Below, one piece after another: positions 27,691-41,350 of a DNA stretch of 64,000 nt. Positions within the stretch are counted from its first letter, which is position 1, and each line of letters opens with the position of its first letter. The DNA is from Octopus sinensis (taxonomy: Eukaryota), in assembly GCF_006345805.1 (NCBI RefSeq), contig NC_043004.1, positions 67,270,001 through 67,334,000 of the forward strand, read 5' to 3'. The notes under the pieces are model-generated. The model was not told where the DNA came from and made no database searches. It saw only the letters and a list, made by a program, of their open reading frames with translations. The position numbers and the translations under genes are program-made.

Positions 27691-30606
27691 CATCACATCG
27701 ATTCACCTACTGAACATCAGAAGACTGCTAACACTCAGTAACAGGACAAAACTCCCGCACTTACGGAAACACACCTAAAACTGGGCATAGAAGATGCGGA
27801 AATACACATACCACAGTATGTTGTACTACGGACCGACAGAAAAGAAAGGAGTCATGGAGGAGTTGCTATGTACATCCGTGAGGACCTCACACCCCAGGTC
27901 CTTTTGTCATACTCAAATTCATTGTGTGACACACTAATTGTACATATAAGGCAACTTGGTGCAGTTATATGTCCTACATATCGCCCTCCAGATGCCCCAA
28001 GCCATGTAGGCAAGTTTGAAGACTTCCTTATAAAAATAGAAGAAGTTCTAATCACATTAGAACAACACATAAGTGTACTTCTTAGGGTAGACTTCATTAT
28101 ACCCAATGTCAGATGGCCCGAGGGCCTTTCTATCCCAGGAATGACACGATGCGAACGAGGTCAGGCGAGGTCCCGCCTGAACCTCAGCAACACTCTGTAC
28201 ATGGAGCAAGTAATACTCCAACCAACCAGGGCAGGTAACACACTGGATCTCTGCTTCACAAATAATATTGATTTCATCCATAATGTGAAAGTGACACCAA
28301 CACTACTCTCGGATCACAACATGGTAGAACTGACCATGTATGGGCCAAAGGAAAGCATGGACATGCAGCCTACAAGAAACTCTCAGAATCTTTCCAGCTT
28401 GAACTTCCATAAGGCAAACTGGAAACAAATTGTGAAAGAGATCCTCAAACAAAACTGGCCTGAACGTCCCTCCTCACCAGACATCGACACGAAACTTCAA
28501 CAATTCATGTCTGTAATGCAAGCCATATGCTACAAATGTGTCCCAGAGAGAAAGGTCACTGTACACAAGAACAAAATCCCCAGAGAGAGGAAAATTCTAA
28601 TGAGACGGCGAACAAAAGTTTCAAATCGCCTAAACAAACAAATTGAAAGCAGTGAAAAGTCCCGCCTGAAAATAAAACTGTTGGAAATTGAAAAATGTCT
28701 GCAACTCTCCCATGAACAAGAAGGAGCAGACAAAGAATCCTGGCTATAGATAACATAAAATCTAACCCCAGAGCTTTCTACAGGTATGCGAAGAAACAGC
28801 TACAGTGCACTGTAGGATAGGGCCACTCCTTGAAAAGGATTGCACACTCACAGGAAATCCAATGAGGATAAGTGAAATACTAAATGAGCAATTCAAGAGT
28901 ATTTTCACTCCACCCCTAGCGCATTTTCAAGTCAGCTATCCAACTGACTTCTTTACCATTGCAGATATAAAATCAGAGGCAGCGATGATTGATTACATCA
29001 ATATAAAGGAAGGCGATGTAATAAAGGCTATAGATGAAATGAAAACAAACTCAGCTACTGGCCCCGGTGGATTCCCAGCAATCCTTCTCAAAGTATGTAA
29101 GAGAGTCCTAGCAAGACCACTGCAGTTCCTCTTTCAGAGCTTCCTTTCAACTGGCAAACTTCCAAGAAAACTGAAGGAAGGTAAATTATGCCCTATTCAT
29201 GAAGGAGGTTGCAGAGCGGAGGCCAAGAACTACAGACCTGTCTCTCTGACCTCACACATCAGCAAGGTCATGGAACGAATAATCAGAAGGAAACTAATCA
29301 CCTTCCTTGAGGAAAATGACTTGCTGTCTGACACCCAACATGGTTTCCGACAGGAAGAATCTGCTTAACTCAGCTGCTACAACACTATGACTGGGTGCTG
29401 AAACGACTGTTCAACCACTCCAATGTGGAAGTCATATATCTCGACTTTGCAAAGGCCTTTAATAAAGTCGATCATGGAATGATATGTCACAAACTGCGTG
29501 ATCTTGGCATAGCTGGAAAATTGGGAGAATGGCTTCATCACTATCTGAAGGATAGAAGTCATGTGGTAGTAGCCAATGGGGCCACCTCCAATAACACGCA
29601 AATAGTGAGCGGTGTTCCACAAGGCACTGTTTTGGGACCACTACTGTTCATAATGGCCCTCTCAGACATGCCCTCAGTCATGCAGAGAGCCACGATCACA
29701 AGTTATGCAGATGATACAAAAGTTTCACAGGCAATACAGAACCCTGAAGACACTATGCACATGCGATGTGAGCTGGACAAAATATACAAGTGGGCTGAAA
29801 ACAATGACAATGCTGAAATGTTTCAAGCTTTATACTATCAGCATGCAAAACTACATGCAATACCCAATAGATACACGGGACCAGGAGGGATTGCAATCCC
29901 TGAGGCACAATCAGTGCGAGACCTGGGTATTTACACGAGTGATGATGCAACCTTTCATGTGCATGTTGCTAAATTGGCAATGAAATGTAGGCGGCTGACC
30001 GGATGGATTCTTAGAACCTTTAGAACAAGAGACGAGGAAACCATGATGGTCCTCTGGAGGACACTTGTCCTAAGCCACTTTGACTATTGCTCTCGGCTAT
30101 GGTCACCATCCAGTGTCAAGTTAATCACTGAACTTGAGGCGTTTCAACGAAGCTACACAAAGAAGATAGCCACTGTGCAGCATATTAGCTAGTGGGAAAG
30201 ACTCAAGAGATTAAGACTCTATTCCATAGAGCTTAGGCGAGAAAGATATGCCATAAGATACATCTGGAAGATCCTAGAAGGACTTGTCCCAAACTTTGGC
30301 ATTGAGAGTTACACAAATGCTAGAACTGGGTGCCACTGCATGGTGCCAAGGACTCCAAATTTGCCATCAAGATGTAGGACAAGATACTGTGATAGCCTGG
30401 GCTTCAGAGGCCCACAGCTCTTCAATATCTTCCCGAAGAACCTAAGAGAACTGCATGGGGTGGATGCAGATGTCTTTAAAATAAAACTGGATCTCTTCCT
30501 GTCAGGTGTCCCAGATGAACCAACTTCGCGGCAGGAGGTGCAGATGAGGGCAGCTGCATCGAACACTCTCATGCACCAAATGGCAATTGCTAAAAAGCAT
30601 TCGTGA
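27690..30606 (+). pseudogene. LINE ORF2: AP-endonuclease + reverse transcriptase, frameshifted
   Basis: APE motifs LLNIR, TETHL, RSHGGVAMYI, YRPPD, TLDLCFTN, SDHNMV. RT motifs NYRPVSLTS, YLDFAKAFNKVDH, SGVPQGTVLGPLLF, YADDTK. Split over ORFs 27868, 28805, 29395 and 30340. Confidence 0.97.
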
Positions 30607-30716
30607 AGTAAAATTATGTAGCAACACCAAATGGCGGTGCCCCAGCATGGCCACAGCTTGTGAGCTGAAAGTAGATAAAATAAAAATAGAAATAAAAATA
30701 AATCTATATATATTTG

Positions 30717-30795
<79 letters not shown>

Positions 30796-31809
30796 GGATG
30801 GAAGATTATAATCTTTATTTTCCTTCAAGTTGTTTTCTTCCAATATTCTTTATTCTAAAAATATATCCTTGCAGTTTACCGCGAAAATGAAAATTCTCGC
30901 TTATGATATTCCCAACTGAAGTTGGCACATCAAGTTATATGTACATTTAGAGGCTCATAGGGCACAGCTGCGTTGATCATGGTATATTCCCTATGTTACC
31001 ATACGTGAGAGTTATATTTCCACGTAAACCGCAGTGAAATGCCTTTAGTATTTCTATATGCTACTAGCATATTTGAACTCAGTTAAAAGTTCGTTTAATT
31101 ACCACCACTGTTATAAACTTTATTTTCTGTATCTAGTGAGTCCGGGCTATCTCAGATCACAAATCACTCACCAGTATTCATCGATTCATTATAAACTACA
31201 GCTTTCTCTTAACTCCTGTTTATCTGTATGGTTTCATCTACTGAGTACCACATAACGCTACAGAAATACCCCTACAAGTCCTGCTATCAACACTGAGAAT
31301 ATCATTAACATTTACGCTATTTATCATAAGAAGAATCCTTTTTTCAACAGTAATCTTAATGAAATTTCATTTAGAGGTTAAAATATGTCACATATATTTG
31401 AACTGACAACACGTTCGTTTAATTCCCATCACCATTTCATACTACTAACACAGTAAATAGCTTAGATCGGAAGATCGGTGATCAGTGGTGTGTCTAATGA
31501 TTTCTTATGAATCTACAGCTTTCTGTCACCTCAAGCGTACCTGTATTTCGTAACTTCTCATCAGAGTGGCATAACGACACAAAATTTCTGCAAAAAAGTC
31601 TAGAGAAGACGGCACAAGATGATATTGGAGTATGTACACCTTTCACCATAATCGAGAATTTTCATCTGCGATAAAATGTACTAATATTACATTTAGAATT
31701 TAAAATGTTTCAAAATTATTTGCACTAAAGATTGTTTCACAGTACAACGTCGCTTCAACACTTAGGAATACATACACATATATATATATATATATATGAA
31801 TATATATAT

Positions 31810-31881
<72 letters not shown>

Positions 31882-31906
31882 TATATATACCACTATACAC
31901 CCATAC

Positions 31907-31979
<73 letters not shown>

Positions 31980-32420
31980 AATAAATATTAGGGAATAAAT
32001 CCAAATTTACAGGGAAAAATCAGATTTAGGATTGGATCCAATTTTATAGTAAAATATTATATTATATTAAATTAGAGACAAAACCACTATTATGCAAATC
32101 AAACAAAGAAAGACTTAAGCCAATACATAAAATAATTTATATAAATTTAGAAATTTAACAATTATAAATAACCACTACGATCGTTTCATGTCTTATCTCA
32201 GCACATCTTTGAGACATTCTTCAGGTGGTTTCAAAACCTTCTTAGCGAGTTTTAAACTATGAACTCATATATATATATGTATATATATGTATGTATATAT
32301 AGTGGTATACTAAGTAAAGAGATATATACAGTACACTCTAATTAAACAACAAAAAGTTACTTTCTACAAAAAGAAACCTACAAAAACATGGTTTTGATTT
32401 CTTTGGATTTGACGCTCATT
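31980..32420 (-). mobile_element. Solo Penelope-like pseudo-LTR/terminal fragment next to (TA)n
   Basis: Contains an intact hammerhead. Its end AGGGAATAAATCCAAATTTACAGGGAAAAA recurs inverted at about 60350-60395, also beside (TA)n. Boundaries approximate. Confidence 0.6.
32170..32230 (-). ncRNA. Type I hammerhead ribozyme, intact core
   Basis: Stem I AACCAC/GUGGUU; CUGAAGA (32224-32218); stem II AUGUCU/AGACAU; GAAAC; palindromic stem III ACGAUCGU; cleavage triplet GUA (32178-32176). Confidence 0.9.
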
Positions 32421-33693
32421 TTTACAGAATGTAAAGGAAATATTAAAACTTCATTCAGCTCGCAGCTGGTGCGTTGAATGAGAAGAATCCTTGTTGGATA
32501 ATCTAGAGGAAGATAGAAGACATGTTCGTACCAGCAATTAACTGGTGAATACGGTATGTAAACGAGTCTCTAGCAGTACTTTCGCGAAATGCCACTTTAC
32601 CGACTTGGAATATGCGGACGAAAACTAATGGTTAATTAAGTGACTTATAAACAATATCTTACGTTTCTCTTTTTATATGTGTGTGCATGCATATGTGTGT
32701 GTGTGTGTGTGTGTTTATAAGTGTTTTAAAGGGATGCACCTATTCATACGTTTCAGAACAATGATTTGATAACAGATATATAAAAATATAACCGGTTGTC
32801 TGTTTCAGCTTCTCTTTTTTTAAATTCCATAAATGCTCCATATATATACACTTTTGTTGTGGTAATACATAGCAATGGAATCCAATAGTCAAAAACTTAT
32901 AAATCGTATATTTTTTAGTGCGCCTTATATTTTTGCAATACATTCAATTTGCAAAATTCACTTTGGAGAAATAGGCATGTGTTTAATAATTGCTTGTGTA
33001 TAATAAGTAATTTAATACTAAATGAATGTCCATGAAAATCCCGGTATGTTGATAACAGTATAATACACCACAAGGTATCAAATCACACATGCATAGGACA
33101 ATAGATGCTGCATCAATATTGCCATTCAGCTAGCTTCTGCAATACTTCGTACGTATCATTTTCTCGCTAAATCTGTGTATGTATGTGTGCTTTTTTAAAA
33201 TCGAATAGCTACATTATTCTTGTCAATGTGCGTGTATTCTGCCGAATCTCCTCCAGAAATATATTTTTATTTGTATAAATGTAACTCTGTTTTTAATCGT
33301 GCATGTCTATTTAGACCTCATCATGCATATTTCCCTATGTCCATACAAAGACACAAAGACACATATATAGATATATAACCGGTCTATCTGTCTATTATGA
33401 TATTTACTCTCGCTCTTCTACAAACGCGTGAGCGCACATGCAAGCAAAAGTACATATATATATATATATATATATATAGAAGGATAAGATCGTTATCGAA
33501 ATACCAATCTTATCAGGTGGCCAGCCAGCATGGAAATAGAAGCCTTCAAAGGTAATGATTATTATTAAAATTATAATTTAGGGTATCCAAGAGATACCAC
33601 TACGCTGGGAATAGCGGCCAAAGCCTGTCTCTAGAGTCAAGGTTTGGCTGTTATTTCCAGTGTGGTGGTATCTTTCAGATACCCTAAATTATA

Positions 33694-33724
<31 letters not shown>

Positions 33725-33754
33725 TGCATGCATGTATGTATATATGTATGTATG

Positions 33755-33803
<49 letters not shown>

Positions 33804-34399
33804 GTATGTATGTATGTATGTTTGTATGTACATGTATGTATACATATTTGCATATTTCGCGCATCCATTTCAAAACGACTGTCAGTAGCTGTTACGAACA
33901 TGTCCTCCATCTCACGCTAGATTATCCAACAAGGACTCTTATTCTATGCAACGTTTGCGGGCTGAATGAAGTATTAGGTTGTCTATGAGAAATGTTTAAA
34001 GATATATTTGTCCTTGCTTGGTCGCCAATCTTTGAAAACTGAAGGTATGTATGCACCAAGTATTTTCTGAAGTCAGCTTTTGTACTTCTCATAGAAGCTT
34101 ATGTTTCGTATATTCCAATTTAGGTGATATTTTTGGGGACATCTGAGAATTAACAATTTGGTTGTGGTGATTCTCAATCAAAAAAGTTTACATAATAATG
34201 CCTAGCTGAATTAATTTTCCAGAGTGTGTCGCTGTAATTATAAAGCTAATTTCTACTAAATTAATATAATAAAATAAATGATTTAAAGCACCTAAACACC
34301 ACCGCTTAAAACACTTGGAAATTAGATTGTTAAACATGATTTGGATAGCAATGTTTTTTCCCTATATCCTTACCCCCAGAAAATACGGAAGATGGCTAA

Positions 34400-35450
34400 G
34401 ATTTCTTTCAAACTGACATAGATGAAGATACAACCAGCAACGTCTCATCCTTTGCTGATGACACCAGGATCATGAGACAAATCAAAGACGAGGTGGATAC
34501 AGAGGCCTTACAAAAGGACCTGACCACCATATATAAATGGCAGGAAACAAACAACATGTTGTTCAATGATAAGAAGTTTGAACTAATTCGCTACGGAACA
34601 GATCAAGATCTGAAAAATACAACAAACTACAGAAACCCATCAGGACAACAAATAATGGAAAAACAGTATGTGAAAGATTTACGCATCCACATGGGAACCA
34701 GCCTAAAATTCATAGAACACCTTGACTCAGTCTGTCTTACTGCAAGAAAGTACAGCAGGTGGATCTTGCCCACCTTCAAATCAAGAGATACCTCAACAAT
34801 GAAAACCCTCTGGAACAGTATGATACTTCCGAGGATTGACTACTGTTCTCAGTTGTGGTCACCAACAACAAAGGGCCAACTATCTAAGATGGAATCGCTC
34901 CAAAGAAATTTTACCTCATAATTCTCAGAAACGAGGGACCTGGACTATTGGCAAAGACTCAAAACCTTGAAGATGTACTCAATAGAAAGAAGATTTGAGC
35001 GATACCGAATTATATACATTTGGAAAATGATAGAGCAAAAGGTGCCAAACTTTGGTATCAAAACCTACCACTCACTGCGCCACGGAAGACGCTGCCAGCT
35101 GCCACCAATCAACAAAAAGGCTGGCCAGGCAGCAAAAACCCTGCGAGAGTCAAGTCTGTTGGTTCGAGGAGCACAACTATTCAACTCCATTCCGGTACAT
35201 GTCAGAAATCTATCAGGATGCAGTGTGGAATCATTCAAATTGCAGCTGGATAGATACTTAAGCACCATTAGAGATGAACCCCATCTCCCAGGATATACAC
35301 AACGAGCACAAACTGACTCAAACTCGCTCCTACACATGTCAAAATTAAACAGAGAATACAACCTGGCAACCACACCAGACTCTGAGGTGGAGTCTTCGAC
35401 TTGGCCTGAGCATGGACTCAAACTCAAATGAAATGAAATGAAATGAAATT
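34400..35450 (+). mobile_element. 5'-truncated LINE of the same clade, different family, with (GAAAT)n tail
   Basis: SFADDTRI, LPRIDYCSQLWSP, ERYRIIYIWKMIEQKVPNFGI, FNSIP, DEPHLPGY; one frameshift near 34920; ends AAATGAAATGAAATGAAAT. Confidence 0.95.
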
Positions 35451-35948
35451 ACATTTAATCAAACCACAAAAAAATCTTCTGAGCGGCTGTGATGCTCCCC
35501 ACTACACCCGCTCATGACCAGAGTTGCACATACAGTGAGGCACTAAAGGCTATGTGCAAGTGGATAACGTCAAGCAACTGATGGGCAGAATATTTGCTAT
35601 AACATTTTTTCTCCTTCATCATCTCAGGACTGAATCCGTCTCAAATGTAATGGAAAATAGGTCGGTTTCACATCATTGATGTCCCGATCACAAAATAGTG
35701 ATTTTTTTTCATTTCTACATAGAAATAGGAAATAAAGATTTCCTACTGAAACGTAGTATAAGATTTGTCTGTAGAAAAATATGTCAATCGGTGACAAGTT
35801 TCGAAGATAGCTAACTATTGAAGTAAATACTCCAAAGTAAATATTTTTTCAAACATCACACAAAAATATTTACATTTAAATTTCTGGTAAGTATAATATA
35901 TACAGATATACATACACACACACACACACATATATGTATACATATATC

Positions 35949-36003
<55 letters not shown>

Positions 36004-36590
36004 TGTGTGTGTATGTATGTATGCATTCATATATTGTATATATATATGTGTGTGTGTATGTGTGTGTGTGTAAATATACACACATTGACATGTATATATA
36101 TACGCGGGTATATACACAGGTAGAGATATATACATGCTTCTGTAAGATGACTTTATTTTCCATACGGAGGATAAGATATTATCGATCTAATCAAATTAGA
36201 TGTTTTATTCTGAACTAATTATGTAATTAAACACATTCATACACGCATGAACATAAACTTGCTTATATATACTTGCAATATATAATATGTTTGCCTATGT
36301 AAGTCTCTCCCTCTCACTCCCTCTCTCTCCCTCTCTGTCACTCTCTCTCCCTCTCTGTCACTCTCTCTCTCTCTCTCTGCGTGTGTGTATGTATGTAAAC
36401 ATACATATGTACATACGTACATATATATACATATATATGTTCCATATATATAATAATATATGATGTTATCCTTATTAGCATTATTGCTATGATCATTATT
36501 GTTATTATTACTGTTGTTATTATTTTTATATCATTAATATGATCGATAATAAACCTCTGAACGAGGTATAAACAGTAACTGCACGACAAT

Positions 36591-36856
36591 GTGAAGTATA
36601 TTTGCCACCTCAATATGTCTAGCCACTAAGGGTGGGTGTTACTGTAGCTTGTAGCCCCAGGAGATCATCGCCTCCAGCTGGCTACAGGCAGGTATTACTG
36701 TAGCTTGTTGCCCCAGGAGATCATTGCCGCCAGCTGGCTACAGGCACACTTTCTGTGTGCCTGTAGCCAGCTGGAGGCGATGATCTCCCGGGGCTACAAG
36801 CTACAGTAACACCCACCCTTATTGGTTAGTCATATTGAGATGGCAAATATACCTCA
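36591..36856. mobile_element. Fold-back / MITE-like palindromic element
   Basis: About 100-bp inverted arms (36591-36690 vs about 36758-36856) with an internal tandem copy of about 55 bp and a 5-nt apical loop TTTCT. Confidence 0.8.
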
Positions 36857-37670
36857 CGTTAATATGATCGTCTGTACCATTCTTCTTTTCTCCTTCTACT
36901 ATTTAAAGGAAAAACCATTTCTACACAGAAAACAACATCATATTTTTAATATATTTCGTAAAAAATCATATAGCTCTCTATGCGTCGATATTCAGTGAAG
37001 CACATGCATACGTAAATACACATGCAGGTGTAAAAGCGCATGTATGCATAAATATACATGTACGTGTTTGTGTGTGTATTCATATATATATATATGTGTG
37101 TGTGTGTATATATATGTGTGTGAGTCTGTGTACGAATGCGTTCACACACACTCATACATAGAGTCACACACACACATATAAAACCAACTACCTATGCTAT
37201 TTGACATATCCTTACAAGCATACAACATATATATATATATACATACGCACGTAAGGTGATACACACGCTTATGAAAACATGCGTTGGCATAATAAACACA
37301 TTCGTCTGAAGCTATCAGTTCTATATTAACATAAATTACTCTTCAAAAGTCATGTTTTATTACATTAGTTTAGAAGTAAATAATTAATTAGTTGCAACTT
37401 CAAACATGAAATGCTAAAAGTTTCCGATGCTTAATTGCATTGAAGACTTATGAAAATCGCAAGATATGTGTTAGCTTTCATAAGTTAATTATGTTTTCAC
37501 ATATATGCCATCGTATTTTACTATCTATATTTTCGCTCTTTGTCCTTGTGGTTATGATCATCATCATCATCATCATCATTATTATTATGATTATTACTAT
37601 TTCTACTTTTGTGTTCATTAATATTTTGTTGTGATCATTATTAGTATCAATGTTATTATCATTATTGTTA

Positions 37671-37722
<52 letters not shown>

Positions 37723-37768
37723 TATTATTATTATTATTATTATTATATTATTATTATCATTATTATTA

Positions 37769-37805
<37 letters not shown>

Positions 37806-37893
37806 CTTTATATCATTAACATCAACTTCTGTACCATTCTTTTTTCTCCTACTTTTTATTGTTCATCTTTTTTTACTTCTTCTTTTATTTCTT

Positions 37894-37932
<39 letters not shown>

Positions 37933-38399
37933 ACTACTAATACTACTATTATTATTATTATTATTATTATTATCTTCATTATTAGTGTAAGTATCATTTT
38001 CTTTTTTATATCAAATATGAAACAAAGAATTGTTGAAGATGAAGAAACGTTTGAAAGCGAAATTAATTGCGTTGCATATTTGGTCTTCTCTTTAAAGAAT
38101 ATGCTTTGGAATTCTTTAGAAATACAGCGTTGAATTTCATCGAATCGAGGTTTTGTATAATTCCAGTTCTTGGAGTATCTGTTGTAAAGATTACGCTTCA
38201 AAACTGCGATTAACGTGAACGAAGACCAAATAGAGAATTCAGAAACAATTGAGCACACAAGTTAATCCTTTGAACCATGTCGCATAAACATTACTTCTCT
38301 TCATTCTCTTCATAAGCCCTGGCAGAGAATAGGCTACAGCGATACCAATCATTGCAACTAGTATGTTTGTTAAATCTTTCATAATTCTGATACGTTCAT

Positions 38400-38755
38400 G
38401 CGTAGAATAATTTGCGGTATTAAGCATGCTCCCCGACCACGCGGTCCCGAGTTCAGTCCCACTACGTGACACTTGCGCAGGTCTCCTCTACTATAGCATC
38501 GGCCCGACCAAAGCCATATGAGTGGATTTGGTAGACGGAAACTAAAAGAATCCACCGTATGTATAAGTGTGTGTGTGTGTGTGTGTGATTTCTGTCTCTA
38601 TTTCTCAGCTCTCACCACTTGTGTTCGGCAAATATGACTGAAAGATTAAGTAAAACATGGAAAAACAAAGGTCTCGAGGTCGATTCGTCAGTCTAACCTC
38701 CTTCAGTGGGATGTCCAAGCATAGCCGCAGTCTCATAACAGACGCAATTAAAATA
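38400..38755 (+). mobile_element. SINE family A, degenerate
   Basis: GAGTTCAGTCCCACTACGTGACACTT...CTACTATAGC...GAGTGGATTTGGTAGACGGAAAC and a tail-like CCAAGCATAGCCGCAGTC. Confidence 0.8.
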
Positions 38756-38788
38756 TGAAGGATAATATATATAGTAATAATAATAATA

Positions 38789-38820
<32 letters not shown>

Positions 38821-38894
38821 AATGATGATGATGATGATGATGATGATGACGACGATGACGATGACGATGACGTTGATGATGATGATGAAGAAGA

Positions 38895-39785
38895 TAATCA
38901 TTGGATAAGAATCGTTTCTCTTTATAGGTTCTACATTCGAGGTGATCTATTTCCAGATCTTAGTATTTTGACTGAACTCCGTTGTCATCTGTTGGTATTC
39001 GTTGGTACCGATTAGAAAGCAATTTGTTTTCTTGGTGATATCTCACAATTGTATCCGGCCAATTGGCTTTAATTTCTTTATCTCTGTGTACTGGCATATC
39101 CTAGAGTATAATTGCTTTCTCATTTTCTCTGACCTTTTCTGTGCCTAGACTGTTTTTATTCTGCTGTTATTCCATAGTGTTTATATAGCTACCAGGGTAT
39201 ATCAGTCCGGACTCTGTCGGGTCCGTGAATACAACCATCCTTAGCAAGGACTGGGCAGCCAGAGAAGATTTGGTTTCATATTTCTTCTCCATCTCAACAT
39301 ATCCTGCAGTTACGTGTTTTTGGTTGTTTCTGGTGGGGAGGCTTTGATCATGAGCTGCAATTAAAAATCCTTCAGTCTCTGCTTTGTGTCCTTGTCAGTC
39401 ACTTTCGGGATTTTGCTATGTCTACTCATTTTTTGTTTATCTTAACTTAATATTTGCCATGAAGGGGCTTTTCTTGTAATCGTTCTATCGTGACCCGTTG
39501 CTGTTCCAGTTTTAGTTTAGATTTCAGTTGTTTTATAGCTTTTGTTTTTTCTTCTTTGTCATCATAGTTGTTAGGTACTATGCGTTATTTTCTGTAGTTC
39601 TCAGCTTCCGTAAAGACTGAAAACATGTTGTTGCTTTGTTCGTGTTTTGTATTAGTTTCTCTTGCTTGTGAAGTAGGTATTTTTGTAGTCCTATGCTGGT
39701 TATTTTGTAATAGTTTTCTAGCTGTATAAGGCCTGTGCCATTTTCGATACTTTGTATACGTAACCTTTTAATGTCAGATTTTTTT
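38895..39785 (-). mobile_element. Dong/R4-type (restriction-like endonuclease) LINE fragment, decayed
   Basis: Minus translation gives GLIQLENYYK, AETEGFLIAAHDQSLPTRN, ENEKAIIL*DMPVHRDKEIKANWPD. Flanked by trinucleotide microsatellites. Confidence 0.85.
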
Positions 39786-39790
39786 CAAAC

Positions 39791-39823
<33 letters not shown>

Positions 39824-39840
39824 ATTATTATTATTATTGC

Positions 39841-39877
<37 letters not shown>

Positions 39878-39989
39878 CTTGTTGTTGTTGTTTGATGATG
39901 ATCATGATCATCATCATCGTCATCATCATAACCCTCCTCCCCCTCCTCCTCCTCATCATTATTATCATCATTATTAATATTATTATTAA

Positions 39990-40041
<52 letters not shown>

Positions 40042-40149
40042 ATTATTATTATTATTATTTCTGTTATTTTTGTTGTTGCTCTTGGTCGTGGTGTTTTGCT
40101 GTACTCCTTTTATGAATCATGGCAGTAGAGTATATTTTTCATGTGTTGC

Positions 40150-41350
40150 CATAATGAGTCATTGCATATTTTTAATATCATTTGTGCTCAGGTATATCTG
40201 TACAGGTAATCTAATTCAGATTTCAGTGTGTTAATGTTATCACCATAGAATCTCTGATTGAAATCGTTGACAAGACTATCCGTTGTCCACAAACATTCTT
40301 TCGTTGATTCATATCTGCCACTTATAGCAAAGACGTATTTGTTGTTACATGGACCTCGTGTGATATATATTTCAGCTACACGACTCTTTCCATAAAGAGA
40401 AGGGAAACCAAGTATACAAGGAAGATATCCGTGACATATACGAAATATTTCAATTGACGGACATTCTTGAGCAAGGTGTAATTCATTATTATTTATTAGC
40501 AATCAATACGTCAAATAAAACAAGTTTCCACTAAATAGTAAACACTACAATATATGAAGGATATTATTTCAGTTATTGATTTGCTTTACCCTAAACCTTG
40601 TCTGAGCAGCTCACTGCGCAATTACAAACTGTGATCTTCATTTCTTTGACTCAGAAACAAAATTCCTAAGAATAAATTTGTTTTTCTTATGTTAAGGCGT
40701 TAGGGTTTATATTGGAAAAAGTCTAGTTAGTAATTAGGGAAGATTCCAAATTAACGATAACTTACAGAAAATGTTGCCTTGTATTCTTTTGGGTTCGATA
40801 ACATATACTACCATTCAAGAAAATGGGTTGATGTAATTGACTAAACACTCCCCCAAATGTTGCTACCCCTGTGGCAACATTGACACACGTATTATTGTTA
40901 ATATGTTGCACATATATAGATGAATATGTTTTATGATGCATAGTGGAGCACTTCAGTGTTTTATTATGCATACTGGAACAATCTTACGCAGAGGATATAT
41001 TGTATATATTCAATATTCTTTGTTTTCAGTAATATAATTAATGAGAAGTTAATGCCGGAAAAATTAATTATTAATGGTTTTGTCAGTGAGGCTGCTGTTT
41101 TTGTTTTCTTCCATTGAGTTCTTTTAATGGATCTGTTAATAATACCAAAAGCAAACACTTCATATACTTATTCTAAGAGGAAACTTCATATTACTAAAGC
41201 AGAAATTAATCGTCGATGTTTGACTGCATTCATCCAGCACGAAATGCTTCAAATTGTAAGCAAGGAACGAGACAATGAACATAATAATATGCTACTATGG
41301 CACTTTAGAATTCCTCAACTTTTCATCTACAGTGCAATTTCAAACTTTCC
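40150..41350 (-). pseudogene. Decayed hAT transposase (ZMYM1/Tip100-like)
   Basis: Colinear motifs YVHC (41283-41272) followed after a frameshift by AYNLKHFVLDEC, then GGVFSQL..IFL and TDSLVNDFNQRFYGDN. A possible C-terminal piece (LTNILVAMIGIAV..MKRMK) lies at 38240-38400. By eye. Confidence 0.5.

Larger units (their letters stand above)
26740..30700 (+). mobile_element. Near-full-length decayed non-LTR retrotransposon (ORF1 + APE-RT ORF2); clade unresolved (CR1/L2 group or Proto2-like)
   Basis: ORF1 fragments, an endonuclease-RT ORF2, a conserved 3' tail at 30633-30680 and an A-rich end. Confidence 0.95.

Noticed and set aside
31535-31575. CTGATGA...GAAAT on minus
   Set aside because: No stem I and only a one-pair stem II; likely chance.
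37990-38400. GPCR-like transmembrane segments on minus
   Set aside because: This needs a frameshift, lacks diagnostic GPCR motifs, and is at least as well explained as a hAT C-terminal remnant.
40766-40972. Candidate symmetric host exon on minus (TTCCAG acceptor, GTAAGT donor, 207 nt open)
   Set aside because: It sits colinearly between hAT transposase motifs, and no compatible neighbouring exon was found. Not fully excluded without RNA-seq.
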